A stretch of 64,000 nt of DNA from the human T2T-CHM13v2.0 reference genome, Homo sapiens. Both the position numbers and the translations under genes were made by a program. Positions 12,011 to 28,244 of the stretch are shown here, in pieces. The DNA lies in assembly GCF_009914755.1 (NCBI RefSeq), contig NC_060931.1; one strand, given 5' to 3'. Positions within the stretch are counted from its first letter, which is position 1. Every line of letters begins with the position of its first letter. The notes beneath the pieces were generated by a model. The model was not told the DNA's origin, did no database searches, and saw only the letters and a list, made by a program, of their open reading frames with translations.

Positions 12011-13645
12011 TCCACTGTCTTCAAATGTATGGTAGAAACTAAAAGGAAAACTGAAATCAAGTACTTGATTGTAAGACAATCAGTAAAAAGGCAATTTGGG
12101 GAAATACTTCTCTGTATATAAAATGAAGAGAGTTATGTTCTCTGAGCAACCTTTTCTGTGGCAAAGACTCTGTGGTTGACTTTTGGGTATATGTGAACAT
12201 ACCCAAGTCATACAACTAGTAAGTGACCTACATTGGAGTCCTGAATCCAAATCCCGTGATCGTCCCATCACACCAAACTGCCTCTTCTCAAAGTTCTAGA
12301 AGTCCTGTTTTGTGAACCAGAGTAAGAGTTCTGATTTGGGTTACAACATTCTCAAGTAAGTACTAATGTGTATCTTTCCACAATGATTACATTAGAACAT
12401 TCTGATAAAGTCAGCCCTGAGGTTAGGATTTTGGTGAGAAAAAAAGAAAACACCAAAATCTCATTTGATTTTCACAAAAAGTCAGGCCCTAAAAATGGCA
12501 TTAGAGAAAGGAATATGCCCACTCCAAGAGATTCAATGGTACATCATTTCATTTAAGTCTCAAAATAAGCAATGCATTTAGACTCAGCACCAACAGTCCC
12601 ATCACTTTTATTTACACCCAGAAAAGTTGAGACTCAGAAAAGTTAATTTGCCCAAAGTCACACAACAGATAGAGGAAATAAAAGAACTCAGATCTGAGTT
12701 CAGATTTCTCATGTAAGTGCTCTTTTCACTATACCTAATGCACTTCTATACTGCAATTAATTGTTCTGCTGCCCATCAGTCAGAATTTCCTGCTTATCCA
12801 AAACTGTCCATTTTACAAAGCAAAAAGAGTAGGCCCCAAATTTCCAAACCATCTGAATAGTTTCTTCTTGATACTTTCAGAAGCACTAAAAAACATCAAG
12901 GTTTCTCATGGAACCAAGTCAGCAAAAAATAAGCACTGTACTTAACAGACCTCTAGTTTGAAGATTTTAAAAGGGACATCTGCTATTGCTTAACCACCAC
13001 CCACCTAATCCCTTTAGAGCTCTACATCTATCTACATACACCTCAGCTGTAAAGCATTCTGAAGGTATCTGTTAATCCCGTCATAGTCCCAGATAAGGAT
13101 CTCACTTAATCCTATAAAATACAACTATCACTTTCTTCAAAGTTTGGTCATAATATTAGCAAATATTATTTGAATCATTTGAATTAGAAAAGCACTTTCT
13201 TATACCATTTAAGAAGATACTACCAGGTATGGTTAAGTGAAATTATATTTCCAGCCTTTCAGTGAGGGACTCTGTTCGCTTCAATCCTTGAATATCTCCC
13301 TCAAATAACAGAGAAATGGTTAAAGGCAGGAGACAGGATCTCAGGAAAAATATTAACACTGCAAGAGAAAAGTTGATTTTTCTTTTTATAAGGAACTTAA
13401 CTGATACCATCATATTTTGGTATCAAATGGTCTCATCTAAGTCTTACATTTTTAATTTGAAGTTTAGCTTTCAGTTTTTCTAAATTGAGGCACCATATAA
13501 ATTCAATTAGGTAAATGGGTACGATCAAAACATCATTTAAAAAATACTCTACGAATCTCAGAGACTCTCCAAGTCTCTCCTTAGAAGTAAATTTTAAGTT
13601 GGTGAGGACCTGAGCCCTCTCAGCTCACTTAAGATTATCACCTGT

Positions 13646-13998
<353 letters not shown>

Positions 13999-14369
13999 TC
14001 ATTATTTTGTTTAACTTTCATTATTTTATCTGCAAGCATTTACATATACACACAATGTAAGGCATTTATAAAGACAGTATTTTCTAAAAGTACAACTAAA
14101 TCTGTCCCCTTGAAACTTAGTTTAACAATTTACTTGTTAACCTAGGTAAAAACAGCATCTTTTAAATGGAGTTGTGGGCTTCTAAAATCTAAATACATTG
14201 CTATGTTAATTTCTCATGCTAGCCTTTTATATCCCCCAATCAATGTAAATGCTTTTCTGAATACAGTGATTCTAGAAGAACCTTCATGTGAGTGTCTTGT
14301 CAATCGAGCTAATCTCATCTCTTCCCACTTTCCTCTCCATTTACAACCAGAAATGCCAAAATCCAGAAA

Positions 14370-14735
14370 TATCAAACTTCCATATTTAAGCAAAAACATT
14401 GTGTTATTTCACATTTCTGTATCTTTGTAAATGCTATATTCCCTTTGCCTGAAAACAGCCTTCCCCTTCCTCACTTGGAAAATCTCTATTAATCTTTTAA
14501 AACATAATTTGAACCTCACCTATTCCAGAAAGGCTTCCAAATGATGCCTCAAATGTATCAACAGCTTCATTTTGTGTGTTACATTTAGTGCAATGTGTTT
14601 TTTATGAATATGCATCTGTCTCACCTAATACATTATGATGATCTTGAGGTCCCTGAGGGTCCATTTATCTTTTTCCTCAGCACTCAGCAGAATGCATGAT
14701 ACAAGAGGTACTCAAATGTTTGCTGGATGAAAGAA
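14370..14735 (+). mobile_element. L2 3' fragment
   Basis: ...cagcactcagcagaatgcatgatac...gtactcaaatgtttgctggatgaa. Confidence 0.55.
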
Positions 14736-15039
14736 TGTTTAAGATAACGAAGAGACTATCTGAAGAAAAGAGACTGAATTTTTAGGTCAGAAACCAAAAT
14801 AGGAAAGATGAGAAGAAATAGCAGGATGAGAATAAAAACAATAAAACAAAAAGTACTCAGACCAACTTGGTTATTTTTTATCCCAAAAGCCACACCTTCG
14901 CCTGGCCCCATTCATCCTATGAGTTATTCTTGGTGAATGTTATAGGCTGACTTCTTGTAAAGCCTAAATTTAAGGTACTTTTAGGAAAACAAACAAAAAA
15001 AAACATGCGACAACTTTTCTCTATATCTATATCTCTAGC

Positions 15040-15860
15040 TCAAGCTACCATCCGTGTGTGCCTGGACTACTACAAATGCCTCTCACTTGTCTCCCAGCTT
15101 TTACTCACACCCTGTCTCTAAAATGTTTTCCACACTATAGCTACCATAATCTTTTAGAAATCCTAATCTGATTATGCTGTCTCCTTACTTAAAACTTTCA
15201 ATGGTTTTTAGCATATGAACAAAATTAGTAACATGGTGAAAAAGGTCTTGATAGTCCAGCCCAACCTCTCTCTTCAGCCTCATCCAACACCATACTTCCC
15301 TGTTTAAAATGTGCCACCAGGTGCTCAGCATGCTCTTCCTCTGTGCCTAGTTAACTCATACTCTCCTTTAAGGTCACAATCAATGGTACTTTTTCCAACA
15401 AGACTTTCCTGACCTCCAAGAAAATCCACCTTAGGTAAATACTCCTATGGTTCAATGTAACCCTGCTGTAGCACAGGGCAAAATATGGTACAGTTTTTAT
15501 GATTATATGATTAATACAGGTTGAAAGGATCCCCAGTCCAAAAATCTGAAATCCGAAATGCTCCAATGAGCACTTCCTCTGAGCATCATGTCAGCCCTCA
15601 AAAAGATTTAGATTTTAAAGCATTTTGGATTTTCAAACTAGGGATGCTCATCCGGGTATGTATTCTGCAAACACTCCAAAATCCAAAACGCTTCAGGTCC
15701 CAAGCATTTTGGCTAAGCAATAATCAACCTGTATCAGTTCCCCCAGACTGTAAGTTCCAAGGGCAGGGATTGTGCCTATTCTGATTGCTCACTTTCCAGG
15801 GCCAATGCAGTAACTGACTCATACTAGAAACATAATATTGGTTGAGGAAATGAATAATGC
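15040..15860 (+). mobile_element. L2 fragment interrupted by a Tigger MITE
   Basis: cctggactactacaaatgcctc...ctgtaagttccaagggcaggga...aaatgaat. Confidence 0.6.
15517..15731. mobile_element. MER46A/Tigger4a-like MITE
   Basis: ta-caggttga...tcaacctg-ta TIRs with TA TSD; aaatgctccaatgagca core. Confidence 0.8.
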
Positions 15861-16280
15861 AAACATACATTTAAAAAAAAAGATATTTCTTCAACATAAT
15901 TTTTCAAAAACCTCCTTCAAACCAAAGCTACCACTGTGTTTAAGATTAACTCAATAAAAGCATTTTCATTAATGTCAGGAACATGACAAGGACACTTGTT
16001 ATCACTACTATTATTCAATATTATTCTGGAAGTATTAACCAAATGTTTAATAACCAGTTAAGAAAGAGAGATAAAACTTACAAAAAGAGGCAATATGATT
16101 TAGGAAAAAAAGGCACAAAATGATCATTTTTAGACCTAGAAAATCAAAGAGAACCAACTGAAAAACTAGTAGAATAAGAGAATTCAAAAAGGAAGTAGAG
16201 TTCAAATTAATATATAGAAATCAATACCTCTCATATGTATAAACATCGATGGAAATTTTTTTTTAATAAAAGAGAAGTCA

Positions 16281-16897
<617 letters not shown>

Positions 16898-17610
16898 TAG
16901 TTGTGTAAATATATCAATTTTCCATAAATTAATCCATAAATTCAGTGCAATCCCAACAAAAATATTAACAATGTTTTGGGAGGAACATGATAAAATGATT
17001 TTCATGTCTCTTTGGAACAATAAACAAGCAAAAGTAGTCTAAAAAATTCTGAGCGAGGGAAAAAGAGCAATGAAAGACAACTACCCTTCCAGACAGTAAA
17101 ATAAAGCAACGGAAAGTTGTCCTACTCAGGAAACACTCAACAATGAGATATCAACAGAGAGCTCAGAAAAAGACCCAAATACATGCTGGAACTGAGTGTA
17201 TGAAATTAATGGGGCATTTGAAATTAGGGTAAAAAAACAGACTTTCATTAAATATATTTTTAAAAGAAAAAGTAATCTAGATTTCTACGCTCACCCCTTC
17301 AACTAAAATAAACTGCAAAGGAATAAAAAATTTAAGTTTTTAAAAATGAAATCACAAAATAACTAAAAGAAGATGTACATAAATTTCTTTTTAATTTTAC
17401 AAACTTAGTGACAGTAAACCTTTTCTGGATAGGACACCAAACTCAGAAGCCATAAAGGAGAAGACTGATACACTCAACTGTATGATAATTCCAAGCTTCT
17501 GTATTTTAAAAATTACCATAAACTGAATAAAGAAAGGACAAACTGGCAGAAAATATTTGCAACATTTTTATCTCCCCACGCATATTCATACTCATTAAAA
17601 TGTAATTTCC

Positions 17611-17930
17611 AGCCAGGCGCAGTGGCTCACACCTATAATCCCAGCACTGTGGGAGGCTGAAGTGGGCAGATTGCTGGAGGACAGGAGTTCGAGACCAGCC
17701 TGGCCAACATGACAAAACCCCCGTCTCTATGAAAAGTACAAAAATTAGCCAGGCATTGTGGTACGTGCCTGTAATCCCAGCTACTCAGGAGGCTGAGGCA
17801 TGAGAATCATTTGAACCTGGGAGGCAGAGGTTGCAGTGAGCCTAGACCGTGGCAGTGAGCCTAGATTGTGACACTGCACTCCAGCCTAGGCGAAAGAGAC
17901 TCTGTCTCAAAATAAATAAATAAATAAAAA
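17611..17930 (+). mobile_element. Alu (AluS-like) with small internal duplication
   Basis: Full dimer; gcagtgagcctaga repeated; tgtaatttcc on both flanks. Confidence 0.93.
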
Positions 17931-17953
17931 TACAGTGTAATTTCCATAAGGGC

Positions 17954-17955
<2 letters not shown>

Positions 17956-17996
<41 letters not shown>
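17956..17996. repeat. (TG)~20 microsatellite
   Basis: Direct reading. Confidence 0.97.
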
Positions 17997-17998
<2 letters not shown>

Positions 17999-18352
17999 CC
18001 GCTATATTCCCAGGCCTAGACTAGTACTTGGTATATGACAGATAATATTTATTGAATAAATGAATGAGCATTTGATACTCATACATACCAATTAGAAAAG
18101 ATCAATGCCTAGCACAGTGCCTGGCAAACTGTAAGTACTCAAGAAATAGCTGCTGAATGAATAAATCTAATAAAATTACGCATAAAGGACAGGAATTAGC
18201 AATCACTTTTTAAAAAGGCAAATAAATGGCTAATAAATGTTCTTAAAATGCTCAAACAAGATCGTAATTTGGAGGAAAAAAAGAAAAGAAAATCAAAACC
18301 ACACTATACTATTTTTTACTTCTTATTAGACTAGAAAAGAAATGTAAAGATA

Positions 18353-18802
18353 ATGTATCAGTTCCCCCAAACAGATTGTTGCAAATGTATGAATAAATGC
18401 TCTTTTTCCTTTTGTGCTCCTACAACAAAACATCTGACACTGGGTAATTTATAAAGAACAGAAAAGTATTTCTCACATTTCTGAGACTAAGAAGTCCAAG
18501 TCAAGGTGCCAGCAGGTCTGTTGTCTGGTGAGGGTTCCAGCTCTGCCTCCAAGAAGGCACCTTGAATGCTGTGTCCTCTGGAGGGGAGGCATGCTGTGTC
18601 CTCACATGGCAGAAGGGGGCATAAAGGCAAAAAAGGACCAAAGGACCAAACTCCCTCCACCATGCCCTTTTCTAACATTATTAATCCATTCACAAGGGCA
18701 GAGCCCTCATGATCTAAACAGTTCCCAAAAGTTCCCAAGACTGTTGCACTGGGAATTAAGTTTCTAACACATGAATTCTGGGGGATACATTCGGACCACA
18801 AC
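18353..18802 (-). mobile_element. MaLR solo LTR (MLT1A/MSTD-like)
   Basis: ctgggtaatttataaagaacagaa...aagtccaag...cctcacatggcagaagg...acatgaattctggggg. Confidence 0.8.
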
Positions 18803-19047
18803 ATTCTCCTACATTGTTGGTGGAAGTAAAAACTTTGATGAAAAGACTGGCAACATCTACCAAAATTTAAAACACACATACTCTTTGACCTAGAAATATC
18901 ATTTCTTAAAATTTCTCCTACTGATAAATTTGCATTTACATGAAAATATCTCTGCAAGAATATTCAGAGTAGCCTCTGTAATAGCAGAAGTCTGCCTACA
19001 AAATAAAATATTTTGTAGTAATTTGAAAGTATAAAGTAAATTTATTA

Positions 19048-19274
19048 CAGGCTGAATGTCCCTTATCTAAAATGCTTGGGACCAAAAGTGTTTTGGATTC
19101 CAGATTCTTTCAGATGTTGGAATATCTGCATTGTACTTACTGGCTGAGCATCCCAAATCCAAAAATCCAAAATCTGAAATGCTCCAATGAGCATTTCCTT
19201 TGAACATCATGTCAGTACTCAAAAAGTTTCAGATTTGGAGCATTTCAAATTTCAGATTTCATATGCTCAAGCTG
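19048..19274. mobile_element. MER46A/Tigger4a-like MITE
   Basis: ta-caggctga...tcaagctg-ta; aaaatgcttgggacca; aaatgctccaatgagcatttcc. Confidence 0.8.
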
Positions 19275-21772
19275 TATATATGAAAAGATATATGAAATTT
19301 TAAAAAAGTAATTTGCAAAAAAATCCCATTTGTTTTTTAAAAAAGTGTGTATATGCATATATATGCAATAAAAACTTTTTTTAAATATTAAGGCAAGTGT
19401 TAAGGAAAAAGTAGATGTAGAGAGTCTTAATTTTATTAAAAAATCGGAAAAAATAAGCAAAGAAAATAAAAATTAAGGCAGGAATAAAAGTACATAGAGA
19501 AAGATTTTAAAAAGAGACAGCGTAGCACAAAAACCTGATGGCCCTATAATTCATATATTTACTTCCAAAAAGGATTTTGAGATAATCTGTAAGATGACAG
19601 AAACATATGCACTATAAGCACTAAAAGGAAGGAAGGCAGGTCTCTCATGTATACCATTGTATTCTCAGTGCCTACCAGATAGTAGGGACTAAATAAATAT
19701 TTTTTAAGCTAAAGACACAAGTGAAAATAGAAACCACACAGAAAGAGGGAAGGCCAGGGGAAAACGATGATTATTATTGGGTACCAAAGTGTAGCTCCGA
19801 GCTTCCCATAGACTCAGTAAAAAAAAAAAAACAATCATGATGCTCGGAGTCAATAATCCTGTATTTTCAGGCTTAGAATAATGTGCTGGGTACAGAGGCT
19901 ACACCACTATAAGAGGCACTACCAGAATCCCCCAAACCAGACTCCTTTGCATCCTGTATCTCAGATGCCATAATCATAGTCAAAGACATGAGTGGACTCC
20001 AGATACCACTAAGACCACTTACTGTTTTGATCATAGTTCACTACTTTCCTCCAACACCAATAAAAAGAGGGGCTTAAGACTGCAGATGCTGCTGCTATCT
20101 TATTTTGCTCCTAACTACTGAAGGAAAGAATACCTATAAGATAGAAAATAAAATATAAAGGAATTTGAAGAGGGCGTTTCAGATCCAAGATCAAATTTTG
20201 ATTACCTGTATTAGTATAAGAAAATATTAATGGCAAATAGCTGAGATGGAGGATAATAAAAGTTTGCGAATCACCCCACAGACTCAGTTCAGGCTATAAA
20301 TTTACTCCCAGTTGTGTCAAAGCACATCTGCAGTGGGAATCACCCAAGAAAGAAGAAAGAAACTCTGTCTCTAAATGCCAAGCAATGTGATTAGAATCTC
20401 CTACTTGTTTTTAGCAACAAGTTTATTTGTTGGGAGAATTTAATCAATCAAAAATTTATTTCCATCCAGTAGGTAAGTGGTGGCTAACAGCTTTCAACAC
20501 AAGTGTAGATAAATTACAGACTGCATAAAAGCTATTAGAAGTACACAATTATCTAAAAATACTATTAGTCAAACTAATCAGAATAAAACTAAAGATTGCT
20601 ATGCTACATGAATGGGAGAATTGAACATTTTATTTCTGGAATATAAAAGAACCACATAACTTCTTTGCTTTTATTTTCTTTTATAAAATAAGGGCAATCC
20701 TTCATTATCTAGATATTTCTCTCTAGAAGTTATGAAGAAAAATGTTTGACTATTTCTACCATTTGTTTTATTTTAGACAAAACTAATAATCAATCCTGGT
20801 TTTTATTCCTAAACCTTTGTTTTAAAGAAGGAATAAGAATCACAAGCATCAATTAGAAGTACACATTATTATTGCTGGTCTGCTTGTGGACTTGTTTGCT
20901 TAATGGTTTGAATACTATGATTCCATTTTCTTCAGGAAACTGAAACGAACAGTAATCTTTCCAGAATAAACTTCCACCAAGCAGTTTTAGTACAACATTT
21001 ATCATACCTAGCAAAAATACCAGAGGACAACTCCATCTGCCACAACAAAACAGAGAAAGATAAAGGTCTCCAAACACTTTCCCAAAAAAGGGCCATATAC
21101 CTAACACCACTGCAAGAGAAATGCAATCTGCACTTTGCAGACCTAGACAGGAATTGCTTCAATACTATCTTTTCCCCTCTTCCTCACCATAAAAACTACC
21201 CAACCCTAGTCATGAGGTACAGATCTACATCCCAAGACTCTTAGAAGATTAGGAACCTACAAATACCAACAAAGACAGGAAACAAGGACTTCTTTCCCAT
21301 ACAAGCTTTATGTACTGAGTGAGCACTGAAAAAAAAAAGAAAAAGTATGACCACCAAGAGGCATAAAGTGAGTACAATTCAAACTCGACATACAGTAACA
21401 TAATCATCTATGTCAAATGCAGAACATCTTACAATGATATGTGATTGCTCCCATTCAAAAATTTTAGTTCGTTACGGAAAGGGAATAATTAAGGACCCCT
21501 TCAGAAAGCAAACATCATATCAAAAATGTGTTCACATATGATGTATGTACCAATTAGTCCGTCAGAGTTGTTATTTTGGATCCAAATAAAAAAGTTTATC
21601 AAATGCATTCCTTAGGTTGAACTTAAAGAAGGATTAAAATGAAAGAACATTTTTTAAAGGAATTTCTATAGAAAATGCAGAAAAATAGCAGAGCCAATTA
21701 GATCAATTTCCCTTCCCAAACTTTGTTTTAAATCCTTTGTATTTCAATTTTTAATTAGTTTTAAAAATTGAT

Positions 21773-22176
<404 letters not shown>

Positions 22177-25100
22177 TCAAAAAAGGTTTGCATGGAAAAT
22201 TGTAAGTAAATGTTTGTTGGTCCTTTATAATTGTATATATTGTCTTATAATCACACAAAAAATTCAAAATTCAGACATAAGTAAAAGGAATGCTATATCA
22301 CATTTTTGTTGCCAATGGGAAAAAAAAATCAAAGTTTAAGTTACTATGGGATATGGAAGAAGTAACAGAGATAAGTAACTTCTTATTTCTCAGATGCTAA
22401 AATGTTTTGACGGGGTCAGGGAGTTCTCTCCCTTAAACAACAAAAACAGAATGGGTCTTCTTTCACATTTCTTATTTTTCTTCACCTTTATTGCTATGGT
22501 TTTCCCATATCATCTCTCCTTCATGAAAACACTGTCATATGTTCACTTAGCATACTTCCTAGAATATAACAATCTACCCTTTTAAAGTTACAGCCTCTAT
22601 CTTCAAAAAACACATCACTCAAAACATGCATAAAGATCAAGAATTGTTCTTTTTTTTTTTTAAATGAAGAATCTCATTATCATAAGGCATTTTGGTTTGA
22701 AAAGATAACATCATTGAAGTCAGGCAAAGCTAAACTTGACCTTGGTCCTGCCATAATCAAACAACCCACTAAAGGTCTTTGCCAATCCAACCAACCACAG
22801 GAAAAGAGTAAAATCACACAAAAATAAGAGTTGGCTAAACTCCAGTTTTCATCACTATCTAGTTGGGCAATTTTCTGGCTAGCAATAATCCTTATTCCCT
22901 TGGAACTTTATCCCAGTAAGGGTGAGGGTCAGAATATATTTTCAAAAGTAATTTTCTCTACTCATCCTTTTCGAAACCTTTCCTTTCACAGCAACCTATC
23001 TAGTAAGCATTTCTAGAAACAATTTAGTATATAACGAGCCAGGAATCTTTAGAATAAGAACAAGTTGAAATGAAAAGGTCTTCAGACACTACTTCTAAAA
23101 CAATCTGGAAACTGGTAGATGGCTCTTCTTTAGTGCTCTAAGCTATAGTAACAAAAATACTGGTTTATATTTTACTTTTGAACACACCAATGTAAGAAGA
23201 AGAGCCTCTTCTTTACTCTTCTTTCCAAACTGCTGACAATCTTATTTGGTGCAAGAAATCTATGAGTTATGAAGCCAGACTTACCAGACTACTGAATTCT
23301 CGTTCTTAGAATATGTAAAATCTATTGGGTAAGTGGGTTTTGGTTTGTTTTCCAAAAATACACTAGCATTTCGTACTTTGGATACTTGATCTTTGCAAAA
23401 TTCAGACAAACACTGGCAAAGGAAAATGTTATAAACATCAGATTTTCTTACAGCCTTCAATGAAACCTATGTATAAAACTGTAAAAGTTAAATCATGATG
23501 AGTATGGGCCGGTTGATTGGATCTTTTTAACATAATCTAGAAAGTATCTTTCACTGAGTTCTCTTCAAGATAAAACTATTACACACACCTCACACTCTTG
23601 AAGGTCCTCTGTTTAAAGTTGTTGGAACAGATTTCTTTTGATGAAACTACTGAAAGATTATATATATTGAGAGGGATTAAAAATACTAACAAGATGAAAA
23701 GCATCAGTTACCAATATAATTCTTTCAGTACAACACCAAATGATAATTGCAATGCCTAATTAGCACTGAATAGTGTATTTTATTATGATTGTGCAATAAG
23801 CTTGATACACTGTTAATCATGTATTAACGTTAAATACCTATACTATAAACGTGCTAAAAAAAAGCTTATCAGTGATTAATGTTGAATACTGAAATTCTCA
23901 TTGATATTTTGTAAAGGTCAATTTTGGGTATTTAAAAAGTTATAAAAGTGCATTTAACTGGGTAATGTTGGAAAATAAAAATTTAAAAATTTAAGGTAAA
24001 GGGGAAAATACGTAAAGCTGTCCTGTGTACTCATATTATGATTAATAACTAAATAAGGTATTCTGGCTTTTTAATAATCCAATTGCTAAAAGACCTATGA
24101 AGGATATTATGTTAGAAGGTTAAAAATTCTGGTTTTCACTTGTTTATACATGTTTGCCCTTTTTGTTCCTTTAGTTAACTAGATTAAAGCACTTAAAACC
24201 AAAAATAAAATTACTTTAGATTACCTATGTGAACTTTTTTTGGTTAGCTAATAATTCTTTCTATATTTTGATTGTGGGTATTGTGTGGGAGTGGGGTCAT
24301 TGAATGGTGTGATATCGATAGAACAAGAAAAAGTATTTTTCTCTATTTTGTTTTTAAATGAAACAAACCAAAGCCTTTTAGTTATTCTAGCAACCCAAAG
24401 AAACTCCAAACTTGAATGTATTAGTCTCCTGCAATAATATTGAAAATCCTCTACCTAAAATGTCTTATTTTTGCTAAATCAGGCTAATTCTTAAAATTGC
24501 ATATTGTCCTATTGTGCCTTCCTGAGACTCAACTTCCTCACTGAAAAAAAAAAAAAGAGGATAATCTGCATTTCATGGGGATGCTATAAGGATGAAATGT
24601 TTTAAAATACAGAAACAACCCAGTGTGATAAACTGACACACAAAAGGTACTTAATTAATCAGTTGACTTCTAGAAAATTCTGCACTATAAAACTTTAAGG
24701 TGATTAGAGATGTTTTGAATCTACTTATTGATAAGGCTGTGTGCATTTTCACACTTTCCACTCCGTTAAGACTATCAGATTTTATTCCAAGAAAGAGTGC
24801 AGGGAAGAAAAAGCAGCAGGCAAAAACTGAAACAGAAAAACAACATGGATGTTGTAGCTCTTACTTTCATTCTCTTATTTTTAAAAATAAACTTGACTTT
24901 TCATCCCTCTTGTTACCTATTTTTCAAAGAAATACAAGTTTCCTTAGTCTTTTAGTTTTTAGAAGCCATGTTTAGAGCTAAGCTGATATACTATGCCAAA
25001 AGTACACTTAAAACTGGGTATCTTCATTGCTGAACGTTTTACATTACAAGGCGTCAGTCTTTAAAAAAAATTTTTTTAAACCTGAAGATTACTGACAAAT

Positions 25101-27955
25101 AAGCATTCTCTAACAATTATGAATTATTTCACATCATTTTAAGGTTTCACTTGATCAATTTTACATGCAAACGTACTTTCTCATTATTTACTCTTTCCTA
25201 CTATGTTTCGCATGCCAAAAAAAATCCACTAATAGATTATAAACTCTGCTTGCCAGTTCCCTTCTCAACAACCTCCATCCATCCCAGCACCCACCCATTC
25301 CCAAAGAGATACCCAGCATTGTTTATGTGGAGTTGGAAACAATACACTCCCCACTGCTGGTTAATTTACATCAGATACAGCCAGGCCCAGGAAGCAAAGT
25401 GCCTGTCGTTTTCACCCCTTTTTTCTTCTCCCTTGCTTGCTCATGCCCCCTCACCCCTTTTAATTTAAATTACTCGTTTTAACTTAAAAACTTCTGGATG
25501 TTTTATTACCTTGGCAGCTTTTTCTCTGGATTGACTAAAAAGGTAAGTTTAAACAGTTTTTGTCAGTTAATATCTCTTCTTTTTTTTATATTTGTATCTG
25601 ACAACCAGAATCCATAGTGTTAAAACTGCAATGATGATGCTGCTGCATTTTACCAGGCTAACTCAGGTTGGGCACAATTTCATTGTTTTTTTGTAACCTA
25701 AACATACAAAAAACAAAAATGTTACTTTGCATGCAGTTAAATTGGTTGTTCTCTAATCATCTCTATCTCTACAATCTTTATGTGCTCCTAAGGGATATAA
25801 AAAGATTTTATGTTAGGTTTTGTTGTTTTCATTCTTTATTTTTTTAACCATAAAATATTACACATGCAGATACAGTAAGTCATTGTTTCCTTGCCTATAT
25901 ATTTATAGAAAATTACTAAAAATCTAGTATTAAAAATACTATAAAGCCAAAATGCCAGCTTTTCTTTGAAAGCCACATTAACTGTGTCCTAATCAGTTTT
26001 TCTAAATTTCAGATATTTAAAAAGAATTAAATATAACATCTTTAATAACATGTATAAAGCCATTTCAAAGACTGAAATCCTAACTCTCAAATTTCACTAA
26101 ATTAAATTTTATCTAAAACCAAGTAAGTTAAACATATTCCACTGTACATTAAAAATAAGATATGCAAAGACTCCCCAGTGTGTGCAAATGATACCAATAA
26201 TTAAGAATCACATTTCGAGCTTTAAAACACTTCTATCTAAAAGAATCCAAAAGTGTGAGTAAATTGCTTTGACTGCTAACATTTACTTTCTGTAGTACTT
26301 TCTCTCCCCTTTTCATCCTAGCTCTCACCCCCACACCAACACACATACATAAAATAGATCATTTAGGCCAGTGGTATTTCAGTACATCGCCCCTCCTCCT
26401 CCACTTAGACAGTATTGCCTTTTATATCTATGTGGAGGTTCCCATGGCAACACTCACTTACACCAATACTATTTCCAACTGAAATGAGAGAATCCAAAAT
26501 CTAAATGCTTCATTACTAAATAACATATACCCTAACAAGTAAGAATTGTTTTTCTCATTATCATTATTTTTCAATGTTTTTAGATTTCTGGAATTTCAGC
26601 AAAAAAATCATTTTAATATTATAGAAATAACTAGAAAAACAGTCATTGTAGGCAACTATATGTATGCATATCATTACATGAGATTTGTATGTGCTTACTC
26701 TTACTGCATAAAATTGATATGCTGAGCCAAGAAACCTCAATTATAATTATGAATAGTAAGTATAATTTTTACTAGTCCAGTTTACTCTATCAAATTTGAT
26801 TTTTTTTTTTTTAATGTTGGCTACATAGCTCACAAAAGACCCTGGTGAGAAATTCTAACACAACAAGCCAAGAAGCAATTCATGGACAGCAGGAGGCAAT
26901 TCCAGAACACAGGCATAATCTATAAAGAGAAACCTCTACAGCTTTTTGATGTTAAATAAGTAGAAATATTAGCATACAACAAAGCTAAGAAGCAGACTGT
27001 TGCATCAAGTTTAAAAGTAAAAATTTCAGGGTCAAATGTCATGAGTACCTTTGTCTAGACTACTTTCAAAAGTGAAATTTCCTAATTTTTAAAACCAAAA
27101 GGTCTCTTTTGGTAATACTGAAGGGTGCATATATTTAGTTTTAGTACAACACACATTCTCATCAAGTTATTCAAAATATAAGGGAGGGGAGGGTTTTGCT
27201 TTTAAGTGGGAACATCAAGGTGGGAGGTCAAACATTTACTTTGAAAACATATACATTTCTTAAAACAGGTTGTGCACATTAAGAAGCCTCAGAAGAGGCA
27301 AGAGTATAAAATGAGTAGCACTAAGCTTTTTGCTAAATGATCAAAGCTAAGCATTAAACATCACTCTGCATGGTGAATACATTTTTTAAAAGAATAAAAA
27401 TCAATAGAATATACACTGAGCTTTATTTATTCTGACAACATATCCTATCACCTGGATAGCTGTATTAAGTAATTTAATTGTTTCTGCTACAGTTTATTAA
27501 CTTATATTTATGGGTTCATAAAAATAGAACATGAATACGTATTTTAATGAAAAAAATCACACTTTTATAAAATTTATAATGAGCCTTTTTTTATTGTGCT
27601 TTTTACATTATCACTGTTTTAAAATGAGCTGATTCAAAAGACTATAAAGACTCCCTGAAAAACAGTACAGGAAACTCAAGAATTTACTTTCCCAAAAACA
27701 GCTTTTAAGACATGAACATGAACTGCCTAATGAATCTCATAGTTAGGCTTGTGAAAAGGACCAACTTGCACCTTTCAGAGGTTTCTCCCTCTTTTTAAAA
27801 ATTCCCATACAGTAAAACCTGCTGACACTTTTTTTTTTTTTTTTTTTACAAGACCCAGGGAGGGGGGTGGAATCTTGCCACATGGTGGGGGGCGGGGATT
27901 TGAAATATTTGTGAGAATTTTTATACGCTGGATTCCCCTCTCCAGTGTTTAGACA

Positions 27956-27987
<32 letters not shown>

Positions 27988-28244
27988 GCCAAATGTTAAA
28001 TGCTTATTTTACTAAATGAAAAATAGCAATCCCCTCCAAATATTTCATTTTCATTTACTTTCGTTTTAATATCAACAACCTAAAAACAAATATTTAGAGT
28101 TTAGAAATCTTTTCAATTCTTTGCAGATACTTAACCTTGATATCAGATGTAGTTTTCAGTCAACTTCAAAAGTAAAATCGTTATATCTTTAACAAAAAAT
28201 AATATATTTTATAATCCTTTTATCATTAGCAGGTTTGGATGCAA

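Noticed and set aside
15311-15328. Second CTCF-like motif gtgccaccaggtgctc
   Set aside because: Lacks the 3' GGC of the core and lies in an L2 relic
18487-18957. Longest ORF (156 aa)
   Set aside because: Lies mostly within a MaLR LTR; no recognisable protein
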